This document shows, in pieces, positions 6,604 through 15,344 of a stretch of 20,521 nucleotides of DNA. The notes below the pieces were generated by a model that did no database searches, was not told the origin of the DNA, and worked only from the letters and a program-made list of their open reading frames with translations. A program made the position numbers and the translations under genes. Each line of letters begins with the position of its first letter. Positions within the stretch are counted from its first letter, which is position 1. Source of the DNA: a virus; UHGV virus genome UHGV-0255412; one strand, given 5' to 3'.

Positions 6604-8354
6604 CAGAACTCCATAACCGTGAAACGCTCGTTTTCTCCTTCGCCGCCAATCGGTTCGTTAATGACAGCAAGCATGGTTGCCCACGCAAGGTCGCCGTGGC
6701 TGATCCCCCTCGCGCGGTCCGTTTCGTAAGTGATAAAGCCGCCCGGTGTTTTCACCTTACGCACGGCGTTAAAGGCCGCAACCAGCTCGCGTTCGGCGCG
6801 ATCGTATTCCCACCGCCCGGCACGCATTATTTGCAGCATTTTCAGTACCAGCGACCGTTTTGATGACAGCGTGAAGGTGTACGGAATAGCAGCAGGGAAA
6901 AACCGTTTCACTATCTGATAAACAGCCTCCCCGTTCCCGCCCGTCACATCAATGCCGATGTGTTCCACGTTGTAGCGATACGTGAACTCTTCAATGACTC
7001 TGGCCTGTTCTTCAAACTCCAGCCCCTGAACGCGTCGCGTCTCCACCGTTCGAAAACGGCCACCAGGAACAGCCGGAGGAACCACCACGGACACAGCGCC
7101 GCTGTCGCCGTTGCCACTGCTGCCGTTTGCGTCATACCCAATCCATACCGGACGATTCCCCATCGGGCGGGGAGCAAAAGGTTTCCAGTCTTTCCAGTCG
7201 TCGTATCCGTCAACACCACAGCCAATCAGGATATTCAGGTTAAATGCCGATTCCCCTTCGCGGACAAACTCACACATATAGAGATTGAGGAACTCGTCTT
7301 CGGTGTTTTCATCACGAATTTCATCAATATCGGTGTGTTTCCAGCCGTGATTAACCACATCTTCCAGCGTGACAATTTGCCGCCACGTCCGGTCAGGGCA
7401 GATAAGCCCGTTATGCAGCGTTTTCCAGTCCACAGAAAAACGCTGGCGTTTATGCGAGGCCTTTTTCTCGTTCCAGCGGTCGCCGTTCCAGTAGGCGTAT
7501 GCCTCGTGCGTTTCGGTGGATGGCGTGGAGAAGTAGGTGCGCCGCAGTCCGCTGAGGGTTGCCATAGCGCCAGCCACCTTGCGCAGTTCAGCAAAGCGAC
7601 TGACCCAGAAAAATTCATCAAAATAAAAATTGCCCGTATAGGACTGTGCCGACGCAGCAGAAGTACCGAGAAAATGCAGCTCTGCGCCGTTGGAGAGGAT
7701 GATTTTATCGCCCCCTTTCAGCTCCACATCAACTTCAGCCGCGGCTTTCTGAATAATGCTTTTAAACTGGAACGCCTGACGACGCGACGCAGACAAAAAA
7801 ATCTGGTTACGCTGGTAAGGTTGCGCCACATCGTCACGCAGCGCCATCAGCAGAGCTTCCTGTGCAAAATACCAGGTCGCCCCAATCTGTCGGGATTTCA
7901 GGATCATCCTGTTACGTATCCCGGCTTCCCTGCAAAGGGTCAGGGAGTCAAACCAGCCCCGCTGATGCCACTCCAGCCTGCTGATGATTTTTTCCCGCAG
8001 TGCGGCAATCTGCTCCGGCGTGAAATGATTTTTGAGTTTTTTCGCCCGGCCTTTCTTTCCTGTGGCCGTCGCATCCGGCTGGCCATCATGCAATTTTTTA
8101 AGCTGCCGGGTCAGCAGGTCTATTTCCTTGAAGTCACCACCTGTTTTATTCTGTTTTTCAGTGAGCTGGATGAGGCGCGCATCGATGGACTGCGTGACAC
8201 GCTGCACGGGTGGCGTTTCATCCCACTGGTCGCGTTTTTTCCACGCATAAATCGTGTTCGGGTTTATTCCCATCAGACGTGATATTTCTGCGGGCGGATA
8301 ACCCTGCCAGTAAAGTTGCCGCGCACGCTGGCGCACAAAAGCGTCCTGAATCAT
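6603..8354 (-). CDS. P: Terminase large (ATPase) subunit gpP
   Basis: 583 aa (P2 P is ~590 aa). N-terminal helix-turn-helix-like region (YPPAEISRLMGINPNTIYAWKKR) and length/position are typical of P2-family terminase ATPase. Divergent from gene O. Confidence 0.9.
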   Translation of the reverse strand: MIQDAFVRQRARQLYWQGYPPAEISRLMGINPNTIYAWKKRDQWDETPPVQRVTQSIDARLIQLTEKQNKTGGDFKEIDLLTRQLKKLHDGQPDATATGKKGRAKKLKNHFTPEQIAALREKIISRLEWHQRGWFDSLTLCREAGIRNRMILKSRQIGATWYFAQEALLMALRDDVAQPYQRNQIFLSASRRQAFQFKSIIQKAAAEVDVELKGGDKIILSNGAELHFLGTSAASAQSYTGNFYFDEFFWVSRFAELRKVAGAMATLSGLRRTYFSTPSTETHEAYAYWNGDRWNEKKASHKRQRFSVDWKTLHNGLICPDRTWRQIVTLEDVVNHGWKHTDIDEIRDENTEDEFLNLYMCEFVREGESAFNLNILIGCGVDGYDDWKDWKPFAPRPMGNRPVWIGYDANGSSGNGDSGAVSVVVPPAVPGGRFRTVETRRVQGLEFEEQARVIEEFTYRYNVEHIGIDVTGGNGEAVYQIVKRFFPAAIPYTFTLSSKRSLVLKMLQIMRAGRWEYDRAERELVAAFNAVRKVKTPGGFITYETDRARGISHGDLAWATMLAVINEPIGGEGENERFTVMEF

Positions 8355-8508
8355 TGCTCCCCCTGAGTAATTACAGGAAGATTACCCGCGCGCGAAACCG
8401 TTCTCCTTATCCCCCTGTTCTGACCGTTTTCTTACAACAAAAGCCCTTTGTATCAGCCTGTTACGCTTTGCCATCATGACTGAAGAACCAGTCAGAGGGG
8501 CAAAAACT
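8355..8508. promoter_or_regulatory. Divergent late-promoter region between P (minus) and O (plus)
   Basis: 154-bp intergenic region between divergently transcribed late operons; in P2 this interval carries the Ogr-activated promoters PP and PO. A TGT...ACA element is present (TGTTCTGACCGTTTTCTTACA, 8416-8436), but its spacing does not match the TGT-N12-ACA I recall, so individual sites are not called. Confidence 0.4.
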
Positions 8509-9345
8509 ATGGCTAATGAAAAAAAGACATCCCGCAAAAAGTTTCGCGTGGCTGTCTCCGGATCAACTGTTGATGGACGTGAAATCAGCCCGGTACATCT
8601 GCGTGAAGCCGCCGAGAACTTCAACCCGGATGTTTACGCTGCCCGCGTGAACGTTGAGCACTATCTCTCGCCATGCCCGTCAAGCGAATTTTCCGCAATG
8701 GGTGATGTCACCGCGCTGAGTACGGAAGATATTACGGAAGGCCCGCTGGCCGGACGTACTGCGCTGTATGCAGAAATCGAACCGACCGAGCGCATGAAGC
8801 AGCTTGTCGCGGACGGCAAGAAAATCTATTCCAGTATCGAACTGCACCCGCAGTTCTCCGTTAACGGGCGCGCCTATCTGGTCGGGCTGGCGATGACCGA
8901 CACCCCGGCAAGCCTGGGCACTGAGCGCCTGAAATTCACGGCACAGCAACGTCAGGCGGTGATGACGTTCAACAGTATCCAGGGTGAAGCACCGCTTATC
9001 TCCGAAGCCATCGAGTCTGAAATCATCGAAATGGCAGAACAACGCCAGGAAGAAGGCACCCAGTGGTTTAACCGCGTAATGGGGATTATTGGTCGTGGCC
9101 GCAAAGCGGATGACGCCAGTTTCTCCCGTATTCAGGAAGCGGTGGAAGGCGTCGCAACGTCACAGGCCGACATTATCGACCGTTTTAATGTGCTGGAAAC
9201 CCGCCATCAGCAGGACCGCCAGAAAATCACGTCACTGACCACAGAGCTGACAGCACTGAAGGAAAAACTGCGCACGCAGGACGGCGATCCGCAGAACCGC
9301 TTCACCGCAACGGGCGCAGCCTCCGACCAGCTGGCCGACTTCTGA
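8509..9345 (+). CDS. O: Capsid scaffolding protein gpO
   Basis: Start chosen at the ATG at 8509 (GAGGGG RBS 8 nt upstream) rather than the track start at 8476. Resembles the P2 gpO N-terminus (FRVAVSGSTVDGREISPVHLRE...). First gene of the rightward late operon. Confidence 0.85.
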   Translation: MANEKKTSRKKFRVAVSGSTVDGREISPVHLREAAENFNPDVYAARVNVEHYLSPCPSSEFSAMGDVTALSTEDITEGPLAGRTALYAEIEPTERMKQLVADGKKIYSSIELHPQFSVNGRAYLVGLAMTDTPASLGTERLKFTAQQRQAVMTFNSIQGEAPLISEAIESEIIEMAEQRQEEGTQWFNRVMGIIGRGRKADDASFSRIQEAVEGVATSQADIIDRFNVLETRHQQDRQKITSLTTELTALKEKLRTQDGDPQNRFTATGAASDQLADF

Positions 9346-9368
9346 TAAGACAAAGGAGCAAATTTTTT

Positions 9369-10421
9369 ATGAATCTGGTGATGTCAGATATTACCCGCAA
9401 CAAGCTGGGTTGCTATATGGCGCAGCAGGCGTCGCTTAACAATATCACGGTATCTGCACTGGTATCGCGATTTACCGTGGAACCCGCGGTGCAGCAGCGT
9501 TTTGAAAACGCCTCAAAGGAAAGTACCGAATTTACGAAAAGAATTAACGTGATCGGCGTGACCGACCAGAAAGGCGAAAAAATCCTCCTGGATACCACAG
9601 GACCGATTGCGCGCACGAATACCAGTTATGACGGCACAAAACGCCGTAACCCGAATAACGTGGTTGATCTGAAAAACCGCAAATATCAGTGTGAACAGGT
9701 GAACTACGACACGTTTATTTCGTATCCGCAGCTTGATGCCTGGTCGGCACACCCTGATTTTCAGTCCCGCATCAGCGCACAGATTGCCCGACAGGTGGCG
9801 CTTGACCGCATCATGATCGGTTTCAACGGCACGTCTCACGCGGATGAGTCCAACTTCAGCACCAACAAGCTGCTTCAGGACGTTAACGTGGGCTGGCTGG
9901 AGCACATCAGAACCGACGCCAGCGAACGCGTTATGAATGACGTGACGCTGACCTCCCGCAACATGGACAACACCGTGGCGCACGCGGGTAAGTATGCGAA
10001 TGCCGATGCTCTGGTACAGGACGCGCGCTCATCCCTGCTGGATGAATGGCACAAGGAAGCTGACGACCTCGTGGTGATTATGGGGCGCAACCTGTTTAAC
10101 TCGCTGCGTCTGCCCGTGCTGAACAGCATCAGCGGCCAGAATCCCAATGCGGAATTACTCGCCGGGCAGCTCATCCTGTCATCGCGCACCATTGGCGGGC
10201 TGGGCGTGTTCCTTGCGCCGTTCTTCCCGGATGCAACGATGCTGATCACCTCGTTCAACAACCTGTCGATTTACTGGCAGAAAGGTTCAATGCGTCGCCT
10301 GATGAAAGACGAGCCGGAATACAACCGCATCGCCACCTACCAGTCCATCAATGACGCTTATGTCGTTGAAGACTATGGCAAGTGCGCGATGGTCACTGGC
10401 CTGAAGTTCGCCGACAGCTAA
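9369..10421 (+). CDS. N: Major capsid protein gpN
   Basis: 350 aa (P2 N is ~357 aa). Multiple blocks match my recollection of P2 N (FTVEP, GEKI, KYQCEQVNYDTFISY, MIGFNG, VGWL, DDLVVIMGRNL, YVVEDY). Confidence 0.9.
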   Translation: MNLVMSDITRNKLGCYMAQQASLNNITVSALVSRFTVEPAVQQRFENASKESTEFTKRINVIGVTDQKGEKILLDTTGPIARTNTSYDGTKRRNPNNVVDLKNRKYQCEQVNYDTFISYPQLDAWSAHPDFQSRISAQIARQVALDRIMIGFNGTSHADESNFSTNKLLQDVNVGWLEHIRTDASERVMNDVTLTSRNMDNTVAHAGKYANADALVQDARSSLLDEWHKEADDLVVIMGRNLFNSLRLPVLNSISGQNPNAELLAGQLILSSRTIGGLGVFLAPFFPDATMLITSFNNLSIYWQKGSMRRLMKDEPEYNRIATYQSINDAYVVEDYGKCAMVTGLKFADS

Positions 10422-10431
10422 TCAACTCACG

Positions 10432-10450
10432 GCGGGCATCATGCCCGCCT
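10432..10450 (+). other. Perfect hairpin GGCGGGCAT-c-ATGCCCGCC downstream of the major capsid gene
   Basis: 9-bp perfect stem read directly. No T-tract follows, so this is probably an RNA stability or partial termination element rather than a full terminator. Confidence 0.35.
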
Positions 10451-10466
10451 GTAACGGAGAGAAAAA

Positions 10467-11267
10467 ATGATTACTCCTGCACAGCAACACTGGCAGAACG
10501 TGATGGCACAGCGCGCAGGCCGGGCGAATGAAGGCGTGGACCATGCCGCGCGTACCGCGCATGAAGAGGTGCTGTATCGTCTGCGTCTGGCACAGGCCCG
10601 TCTTAAGGGCGTACAGGCCAGAAGCGCGAAAGCCGCCATCAAAAAAGAGTTGTTGCCGGACTTTTCCGGCTGGATTGAGGGAACGCTGGAGGCTGACGGC
10701 GGGCAGCAGGACGAAGTGATTGCCACGCTGATGGTGTGGGCGATTGACTGCGGCGATCTTCCGCTGGCGTTGCGTATTGGTGCGTATGTGGTCCGTCATA
10801 ACCTCATTATGCCGGATAACTTTGGCCGTACGGCTGCCACAGTGCTGACCGAAGAAATCTGCAACCCGGTACTGACGCAGGCCGGGACGGATGCCGACGC
10901 GGATTTGTCCGCCTTTATCGAACCACTGGATACCCTCCGGGAGATTGTCACCGACCAGGACATGCCGGACGAAGTGCGCGCCAAATTATGCAAGGCGTGC
11001 GCCTTTGCCCGTCGTGGTCTGACCGATGCGGACAGCATGGCCTTATCACTGAAGCTGCTGCGCGAAGCGATGCACCTGAACCCGAACGCAGGTGTGAAAC
11101 GCGAGATTGCAACCCTTTCCCGCGCCCTGAAAAAAGCCGACTCCGCAGCCGAACCAGAAGACGCCAGCGCACAGCAGGCGCAGGACGAAAGCAGCAAAAG
11201 TAAAAAGACAACGCGGAAGCCTGCAACACGAAAAACCACCGCGACGCAGAAGGCGAAGCGCGGTTAA
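10467..11267 (+). CDS. M: Terminase small (endonuclease) subunit gpM
   Basis: 266 aa. Matches recalled P2 M blocks (KKELLP, DMPDEVRAKL, AGVKKEI) and has the lysine/arginine-rich C-terminal tail. GGAGAG RBS. Confidence 0.85.
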   Translation: MITPAQQHWQNVMAQRAGRANEGVDHAARTAHEEVLYRLRLAQARLKGVQARSAKAAIKKELLPDFSGWIEGTLEADGGQQDEVIATLMVWAIDCGDLPLALRIGAYVVRHNLIMPDNFGRTAATVLTEEICNPVLTQAGTDADADLSAFIEPLDTLREIVTDQDMPDEVRAKLCKACAFARRGLTDADSMALSLKLLREAMHLNPNAGVKREIATLSRALKKADSAAEPEDASAQQAQDESSKSKKTTRKPATRKTTATQKAKRG

Positions 11268-11284
11268 CGACTGACCCCGTCAGC

Positions 11285-11355
11285 GGGCGGCGTGCGCGGT
11301 GTTCCGGTTTGACTCCGTGACCGCTTACACCGCGCACCCACCGCCCGATTTTTTT
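11285..11355 (+). terminator. Large imperfect stem-loop followed by a T7 run between M and L (terminator-like)
   Basis: GGCGGCGTGCGCGGTG ... CACCGCGCACCCACCGCC followed by GATTTTTTT; long loop, GC-rich stem. Confidence 0.35.
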
Positions 11356-11369
11356 CAGGAGTGAACCCC

Positions 11370-11864
11370 ATGAGTATGGTTGCCAGAACTGAACCCAGAC
11401 CCGCAGAGGACGACATCACCGATACCGATGATGGCGATACCCGCATTTCAGCGGGTGCATTCTGGCCGGATATTGTGTTGCGCGAGCTGCGTCTGGCGGT
11501 ACGACTGCCGGGGCGCGTGACCACCTCCCGCCTGCTGCATACCGCCACCGGAGCTGTGGCACACGTTACCCGCGAGCTGGAAGCGTGGCAGCAGGAACAG
11601 CAGGCGGCTGGCCATCAGACGCTGGCCGATGTTCCGGCACCCGTAATTAACGGAGAAAGCGTCAATCTCTGGCACTGGCGCAATGCTGTTTATACCGCCA
11701 CACGCGCCCTGATTCTGGAGCGTTATCGTGATGCAGACACAACGGACAAGGGCGACCGCCGGGCGGACGCTCTGGATATACAGACATCGGATTTGTGGCG
11801 TGATGTGAGCTGGGCCATCTCTGACATTCTGCGCCGCCCGCGAATCTTTGCGGAGCTGTGCTGA
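11370..11864 (+). CDS. L: Head completion / capsid stabilisation protein gpL
   Basis: ATG at 11370 with AGGAG 8 nt upstream (track ORF begins at a GTG at 11361). C-terminal blocks (LADVPA...GES...RYRD...KGDRRADALD...LWRDVSWA) match recalled P2 L. Confidence 0.85.
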   Translation: MSMVARTEPRPAEDDITDTDDGDTRISAGAFWPDIVLRELRLAVRLPGRVTTSRLLHTATGAVAHVTRELEAWQQEQQAAGHQTLADVPAPVINGESVNLWHWRNAVYTATRALILERYRDADTTDKGDRRADALDIQTSDLWRDVSWAISDILRRPRIFAELC

Positions 11865-12064
11865 TGAAAGTGAAGGCACTGGAAGGCGACACCGTGGATT
11901 CGCTCTGTTTCCGGTACTACGGCACGACGCAGGGCGTCACCGAAAAGGTGCTGGATGCCAACCCCGGACTCTGTCAGCAGGTATTTCTGGACGCCGGGCA
12001 GGAAGTGGAGATGCCGGAGCCGGAGAAGAAGAAACGAGAAATGATTCAGTTGTGGGGGGAGTAG
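11864..12064 (+). CDS. X: Tail protein gpX (LysM-like)
   Basis: 66-aa ORF whose ATG overlaps the L stop (TGATG). The pattern KALEGDTVDSLCFRYYG...VLDANPGL resembles P2 X. Confidence 0.8.
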   Translation: MKVKALEGDTVDSLCFRYYGTTQGVTEKVLDANPGLCQQVFLDAGQEVEMPEPEKKKREMIQLWGE

Positions 12065-12066
12065 CA

Positions 12067-12390
12067 GTGAGCACCATTCAAACAGGGATCACAGAGCAGG
12101 TTATTGCGTGGCTCTTTGACCACCTGCCAACGGTGTATGCAGTAGGCGCGGCAGTCAGCATTTCCGCGCTGATGAGTCTTTATGACGGACGAACACTGGT
12201 TCAGACCGTAACGGGATCGCTGGCGTGCGGCGTTCTTGCCATGGCCGTGGCCGGGTCGTTGCGCTTCTTCGGGTTTCCTGAAGATGCCGTGACGTTTATC
12301 GGCGCATCAATCGGTTTTATGGGTGCAGAGAAAGCACGCGACAAGGTTATTGCGGCCTTTAATCGCAGGGTGAAGGAGAAGGACGAATGA
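12067..12390 (+). CDS. Y: Holin (gpY-like)
   Basis: GTG start 6 nt after a GGGGGAG RBS; ~107 aa with hydrophobic transmembrane segments and a charged C-terminus. Sits immediately upstream of the endolysin. Start codon uncertain. Confidence 0.6.
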   Translation: MSTIQTGITEQVIAWLFDHLPTVYAVGAAVSISALMSLYDGRTLVQTVTGSLACGVLAMAVAGSLRFFGFPEDAVTFIGASIGFMGAEKARDKVIAAFNRRVKEKDE

Positions 12391-12779
12391 GCAACACATT
12401 TAAATTCAGCAGCCGGAGCGAAAAGAATTTGCAGGGCGTAAATCCTGATCTGGTGAAAGTGACCCGACGGGCACTGGAAATCTCGGAAGTGGATTTTGGT
12501 ATCACCGAAGGGTTGCGCAGCCGTTACCGCCAGAAGCAACTGGTGGCCACGGGTAAGAGCCAGACCATGAACAGCCGCCACCTTACGGGGCATGCCGTGG
12601 ATGTTGTGGCTTATGTCGGCAGCCAGGTGTCATGGGAATGGCCGCTGTACGAAAAAATCGCAGCAGCATTCAGACAGGCCAGCCGGGAACTGAATATTCC
12701 GGTGGAATGGGGCGGCGACTGGAAGACCCTGAAAGACGGACCGCATTTTCAGTTACCGCACGGAGTTTATCCGGCATGA
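12387..12779 (+). CDS. Endolysin, peptidase M15 family (zinc L-alanyl-D-glutamate peptidase type)
   Basis: 130 aa with the SRHL...HAVDV...DGPHFQL pattern typical of M15 / VanY-like phage endolysins. Occupies the position of P2 K but is not a lysozyme. Confidence 0.85.
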   Translation: MSNTFKFSSRSEKNLQGVNPDLVKVTRRALEISEVDFGITEGLRSRYRQKQLVATGKSQTMNSRHLTGHAVDVVAYVGSQVSWEWPLYEKIAAAFRQASRELNIPVEWGGDWKTLKDGPHFQLPHGVYPA

Positions 12780-13183
12780 AGCTCTGGCCCACGCTGGGCG
12801 TCGCTTTTCTTCTGATTGCCGCCTGGGGAGCATCCATGCGTCTGTCGTGGTCACTGGGCCGGGAGAACGCCAGAAACGAAGCGCAGGCCAGCACTCTGAA
12901 AAGTACCGCCGACACCCTGAATATCATCAGCGCCGGGGTACAGGATATGCAGCAGGTGCTGGCGCAACTCCGCGCGGAAAATCAGCAACGCAATCAGGAC
13001 GGAGAGGCCAGACGTGAACAGCTACGCAACGATATTGCAAAAGATGAATGCGCCCACGCTTTGCCTGACGCTCGTTTTACTGACAGGCTGCGCAGGCACG
13101 CAGAACGCGCCACGGCCAGCGCCGTCAGTCCGGCTTATACCGCAGACGCTGACCATACCGGTAACGCCTCCCCCCTTCCCTGA
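12776..13183 (+). CDS. lysB: i-spanin (Rz / LysB-like)
   Basis: ATG at 12776 overlaps the endolysin stop. N-terminal transmembrane segment (LWPTLGVAFLLIAAWGA) then a charged, probably coiled-coil periplasmic region. 135 aa, similar to P2 LysB length. Confidence 0.7.
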   Translation: MKLWPTLGVAFLLIAAWGASMRLSWSLGRENARNEAQASTLKSTADTLNIISAGVQDMQQVLAQLRAENQQRNQDGEARREQLRNDIAKDECAHALPDARFTDRLRRHAERATASAVSPAYTADADHTGNASPLP

Positions 13184-13334
13184 TACTCCCACATGGGGAA
13201 ATCTCGGTATATGGGGCGACCGCCTTCTGGATGCACTGGAAACCTGTAACGCGGATAAACGGGCCATTGAATTACTGGAACAGCGCAGGCTGCAACGACT
13301 GAACAACGAGGATAACAACCATGCTGAAAACTGA
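13044..13334 (+). CDS. lysC: o-spanin lipoprotein (Rz1 / LysC-like), overlapping the i-spanin in another frame
   Basis: Lipobox LLTGC after a signal peptide (MNAPTLCLTLVLLTGC), proline-rich mature part, 96 aa. Starts inside lysB and extends past it, the classic overlapped spanin arrangement. Confidence 0.7.
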   Translation: MNAPTLCLTLVLLTGCAGTQNAPRPAPSVRLIPQTLTIPVTPPPFPDTPTWGNLGIWGDRLLDALETCNADKRAIELLEQRRLQRLNNEDNNHAEN

Positions 13335-13788
13335 TTCCCTGCGTGAAGCCATGACCCGTTCATGCCGATGGTGTCAGGCTAACCCGGAAAAATTCACCAT
13401 TTTCGTGGAGAGCGGCAACATTGAAACGACCGGAGAAACGCCCTCGTTTGTTTACCGCTATCAGATGGTGATGTTTGTCATGGATTACGCCGGGGAACTG
13501 GACGACCTCACGCTGCCGCTGCTGGCGTGGTTATCCGAAAATCAGCCGCAGTTGTTGCTCAATCCGGAGCGTAATCAGGACATCAAATTCTCCGCCGTTA
13601 TCAATGACGATGACAGCGCCGATCTCCTGTTTACGCTCCCCCTGCGGGAACGCGTTCGCATCACGCGCAGCAGTCAGGGGACACCGCAGGCAGAGCACCT
13701 GCCGGAGCCAAAACCCCGTCTGCCATCTTCCGAAGGCGACTGGTCGCATATATTCCAGGATGTGACGTGGGGTGAAAGCGATGGATAA
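13321..13788 (+). CDS. R: Tail completion protein gpR
   Basis: 155 aa, the same length as P2 R. N-terminus MLKTDSLREAM matches recalled P2 R (MLKPDSLRRAL), plus the LPLLAWLSENQP block. Confidence 0.85.
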   Translation: MLKTDSLREAMTRSCRWCQANPEKFTIFVESGNIETTGETPSFVYRYQMVMFVMDYAGELDDLTLPLLAWLSENQPQLLLNPERNQDIKFSAVINDDDSADLLFTLPLRERVRITRSSQGTPQAEHLPEPKPRLPSSEGDWSHIFQDVTWGESDG

Positions 13789-14416
13789 GGCATTCACCCG
13801 CGTGGATGAAACCTTTGAGGCTATCCGCGACAGCCTGAATCAGCAGGCCATCAATAACATCGCCAGAAAGCTGGCACACGATTTACGTCGCGCCCAGCAG
13901 GCACGTATCCGGTCACAGAAAGCGCCGGACGGGACCGCATGGACACCACGCAGACGCCGCGTAACCCGGATACAGGAGCGCATTCGCTTTATCTGGAATA
14001 ACGAAGCACGCACGCTGAAAAACTGGCATCACGACATGGGGAAATACGGGCGAACCATCACCGGGTGGGATGAGGATAAAAACAGCATCCGCACGTTTTA
14101 CCGGGATGACATCGACCGCTTTCTGGAAATACGCACCCGGCGCATCAACCAGGACAGCACAAAGCGCGTCCCCATGTTCGTAAAACTGCGCACCGCCCGC
14201 TACCTGAAAGCCCGTGCAGATGCTTCCGGTGTGACGGTGGGTTACAGCGGCGTGGCCGCACGTATTGCACGCGTTCATCAGTTCGGTGAGCGCGATCAGG
14301 TTGCGCCGGGCATTTTCACCGATTACCCGGTACGTGAGCTGTTGGGCATCAGTCAGGCAGATGAACGCCTGATTTATAACACGGTGCTGGGCCGGATTGC
14401 GGAGGCTGTACGGTGA
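13781..14416 (+). CDS. S: Tail completion / virion morphogenesis protein gpS
   Basis: Overlaps the R stop. Blocks ARIRSQKAPDGTAWTPRRRR, RFIWNNEARTLKNWH, ITGWDEDKNSIRTF and ARIARVHQFG match the P2 S family. Start at ATG 13781 versus GTG 13772 is uncertain. Confidence 0.8.
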   Translation: MDKAFTRVDETFEAIRDSLNQQAINNIARKLAHDLRRAQQARIRSQKAPDGTAWTPRRRRVTRIQERIRFIWNNEARTLKNWHHDMGKYGRTITGWDEDKNSIRTFYRDDIDRFLEIRTRRINQDSTKRVPMFVKLRTARYLKARADASGVTVGYSGVAARIARVHQFGERDQVAPGIFTDYPVRELLGISQADERLIYNTVLGRIAEAVR

Positions 14417-14994
14417 GCGCAGAACTCATGCGACTGCTGAGCAATATCATCCGCACCGGGATCATCTCTGAAGTTGATGAGAAGTCCTGGCGCGTGCGCG
14501 TTCGCAGCGGCGAACTGGAAACAGGCTGGTTGCGCTGGAGCACCACGCGCGCGGGAGCCTTCAATGTGTGGCTGCCGCCATCACCAGGCGAACAGGTGGT
14601 AATTGCCTGCATTGGCGGCAACCCGGAAACCGCCATGATAATTGGCAGCCTGTGGAGTGATGCCAGTCCGGCCCCCGGCAAAAGCCTGAAAGAAATCGTG
14701 ATCAGCGCGCCGGATGGCGCGGTGTTCCGCTACGACGCGGACGCAGGCGCACTGAGCGCCAGCGGCATGAAAACGGCCACTTTACAGGCATCCGTCAGCG
14801 TGACACTGGACACGCCCGTCGTGGAATGCACAGACCTTCTGAGAACGGCGACGCTTGACGTCACAAAAGGGGGAAAGATGAGCGGCAATATCACGCACAG
14901 CGGCGGCAATTTCACCTCAAACGGCATTACCGTGCATACGCATAAACACGGTGGCGTGAAAGGTGGCAGCGATTCGACAGGAGGCCCGCAGTGA
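14413..14994 (+). CDS. V: Baseplate spike / assembly protein gpV
   Basis: GTG start overlapping the S stop, with GGAGG RBS. Blocks IRTGII, GEQV, TLDTPVVECTD, VTKGGKMSGNITHSGG and HTHKHGG match recalled P2 V. Confidence 0.9.
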   Translation: MSAELMRLLSNIIRTGIISEVDEKSWRVRVRSGELETGWLRWSTTRAGAFNVWLPPSPGEQVVIACIGGNPETAMIIGSLWSDASPAPGKSLKEIVISAPDGAVFRYDADAGALSASGMKTATLQASVSVTLDTPVVECTDLLRTATLDVTKGGKMSGNITHSGGNFTSNGITVHTHKHGGVKGGSDSTGGPQ

Positions 14995-15341
14995 CAACCC
15001 GCTACACAGGAATGAACCCGGACGGAACGGGAAACCTGAACGATATGGAGCACCTGAAACAGTCAGTCAGGGACATCCTGACCACCCCGCTGGCAAGCCG
15101 GGTTATGCGACGGGAATATGGCAGCCTTGTGCCTGATTTGATTGACGAACCCATGAATAACACCACGCGTCTGCAATGCATGAGTGCTGCCGTGATTGCA
15201 CTGACACGATGGGAACCCCGCATTGCCCTGGACGCCATCGACGTTGTCTGGAAAGCGGGAGGCCGCGCAGGGGTGACGCTGTCGGGCACTGTCATGCAGA
15301 CCATGCAGAATGTTGAATTAACCATCACGCTGAGGGAGTAA
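14991..15341 (+). CDS. W: Baseplate wedge protein gpW (GPW/gp25 family)
   Basis: 116 aa (P2 W is 115 aa), overlapped start, typical GPW-like sequence. Confidence 0.9.
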   Translation: MTTRYTGMNPDGTGNLNDMEHLKQSVRDILTTPLASRVMRREYGSLVPDLIDEPMNNTTRLQCMSAAVIALTRWEPRIALDAIDVVWKAGGRAGVTLSGTVMQTMQNVELTITLRE

Positions 15342-15344
15342 ATC

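Noticed and set aside
6960-8282. 440-aa ORF on the plus strand
   Set aside because: It lies entirely antisense to the terminase gene P, which has clear homology and correct synteny. It is a shadow ORF in GC-rich DNA.
9413-10261. Minus-strand ORFs inside the major capsid gene N
   Set aside because: Antisense to a highly conserved structural gene; compositional artefacts.
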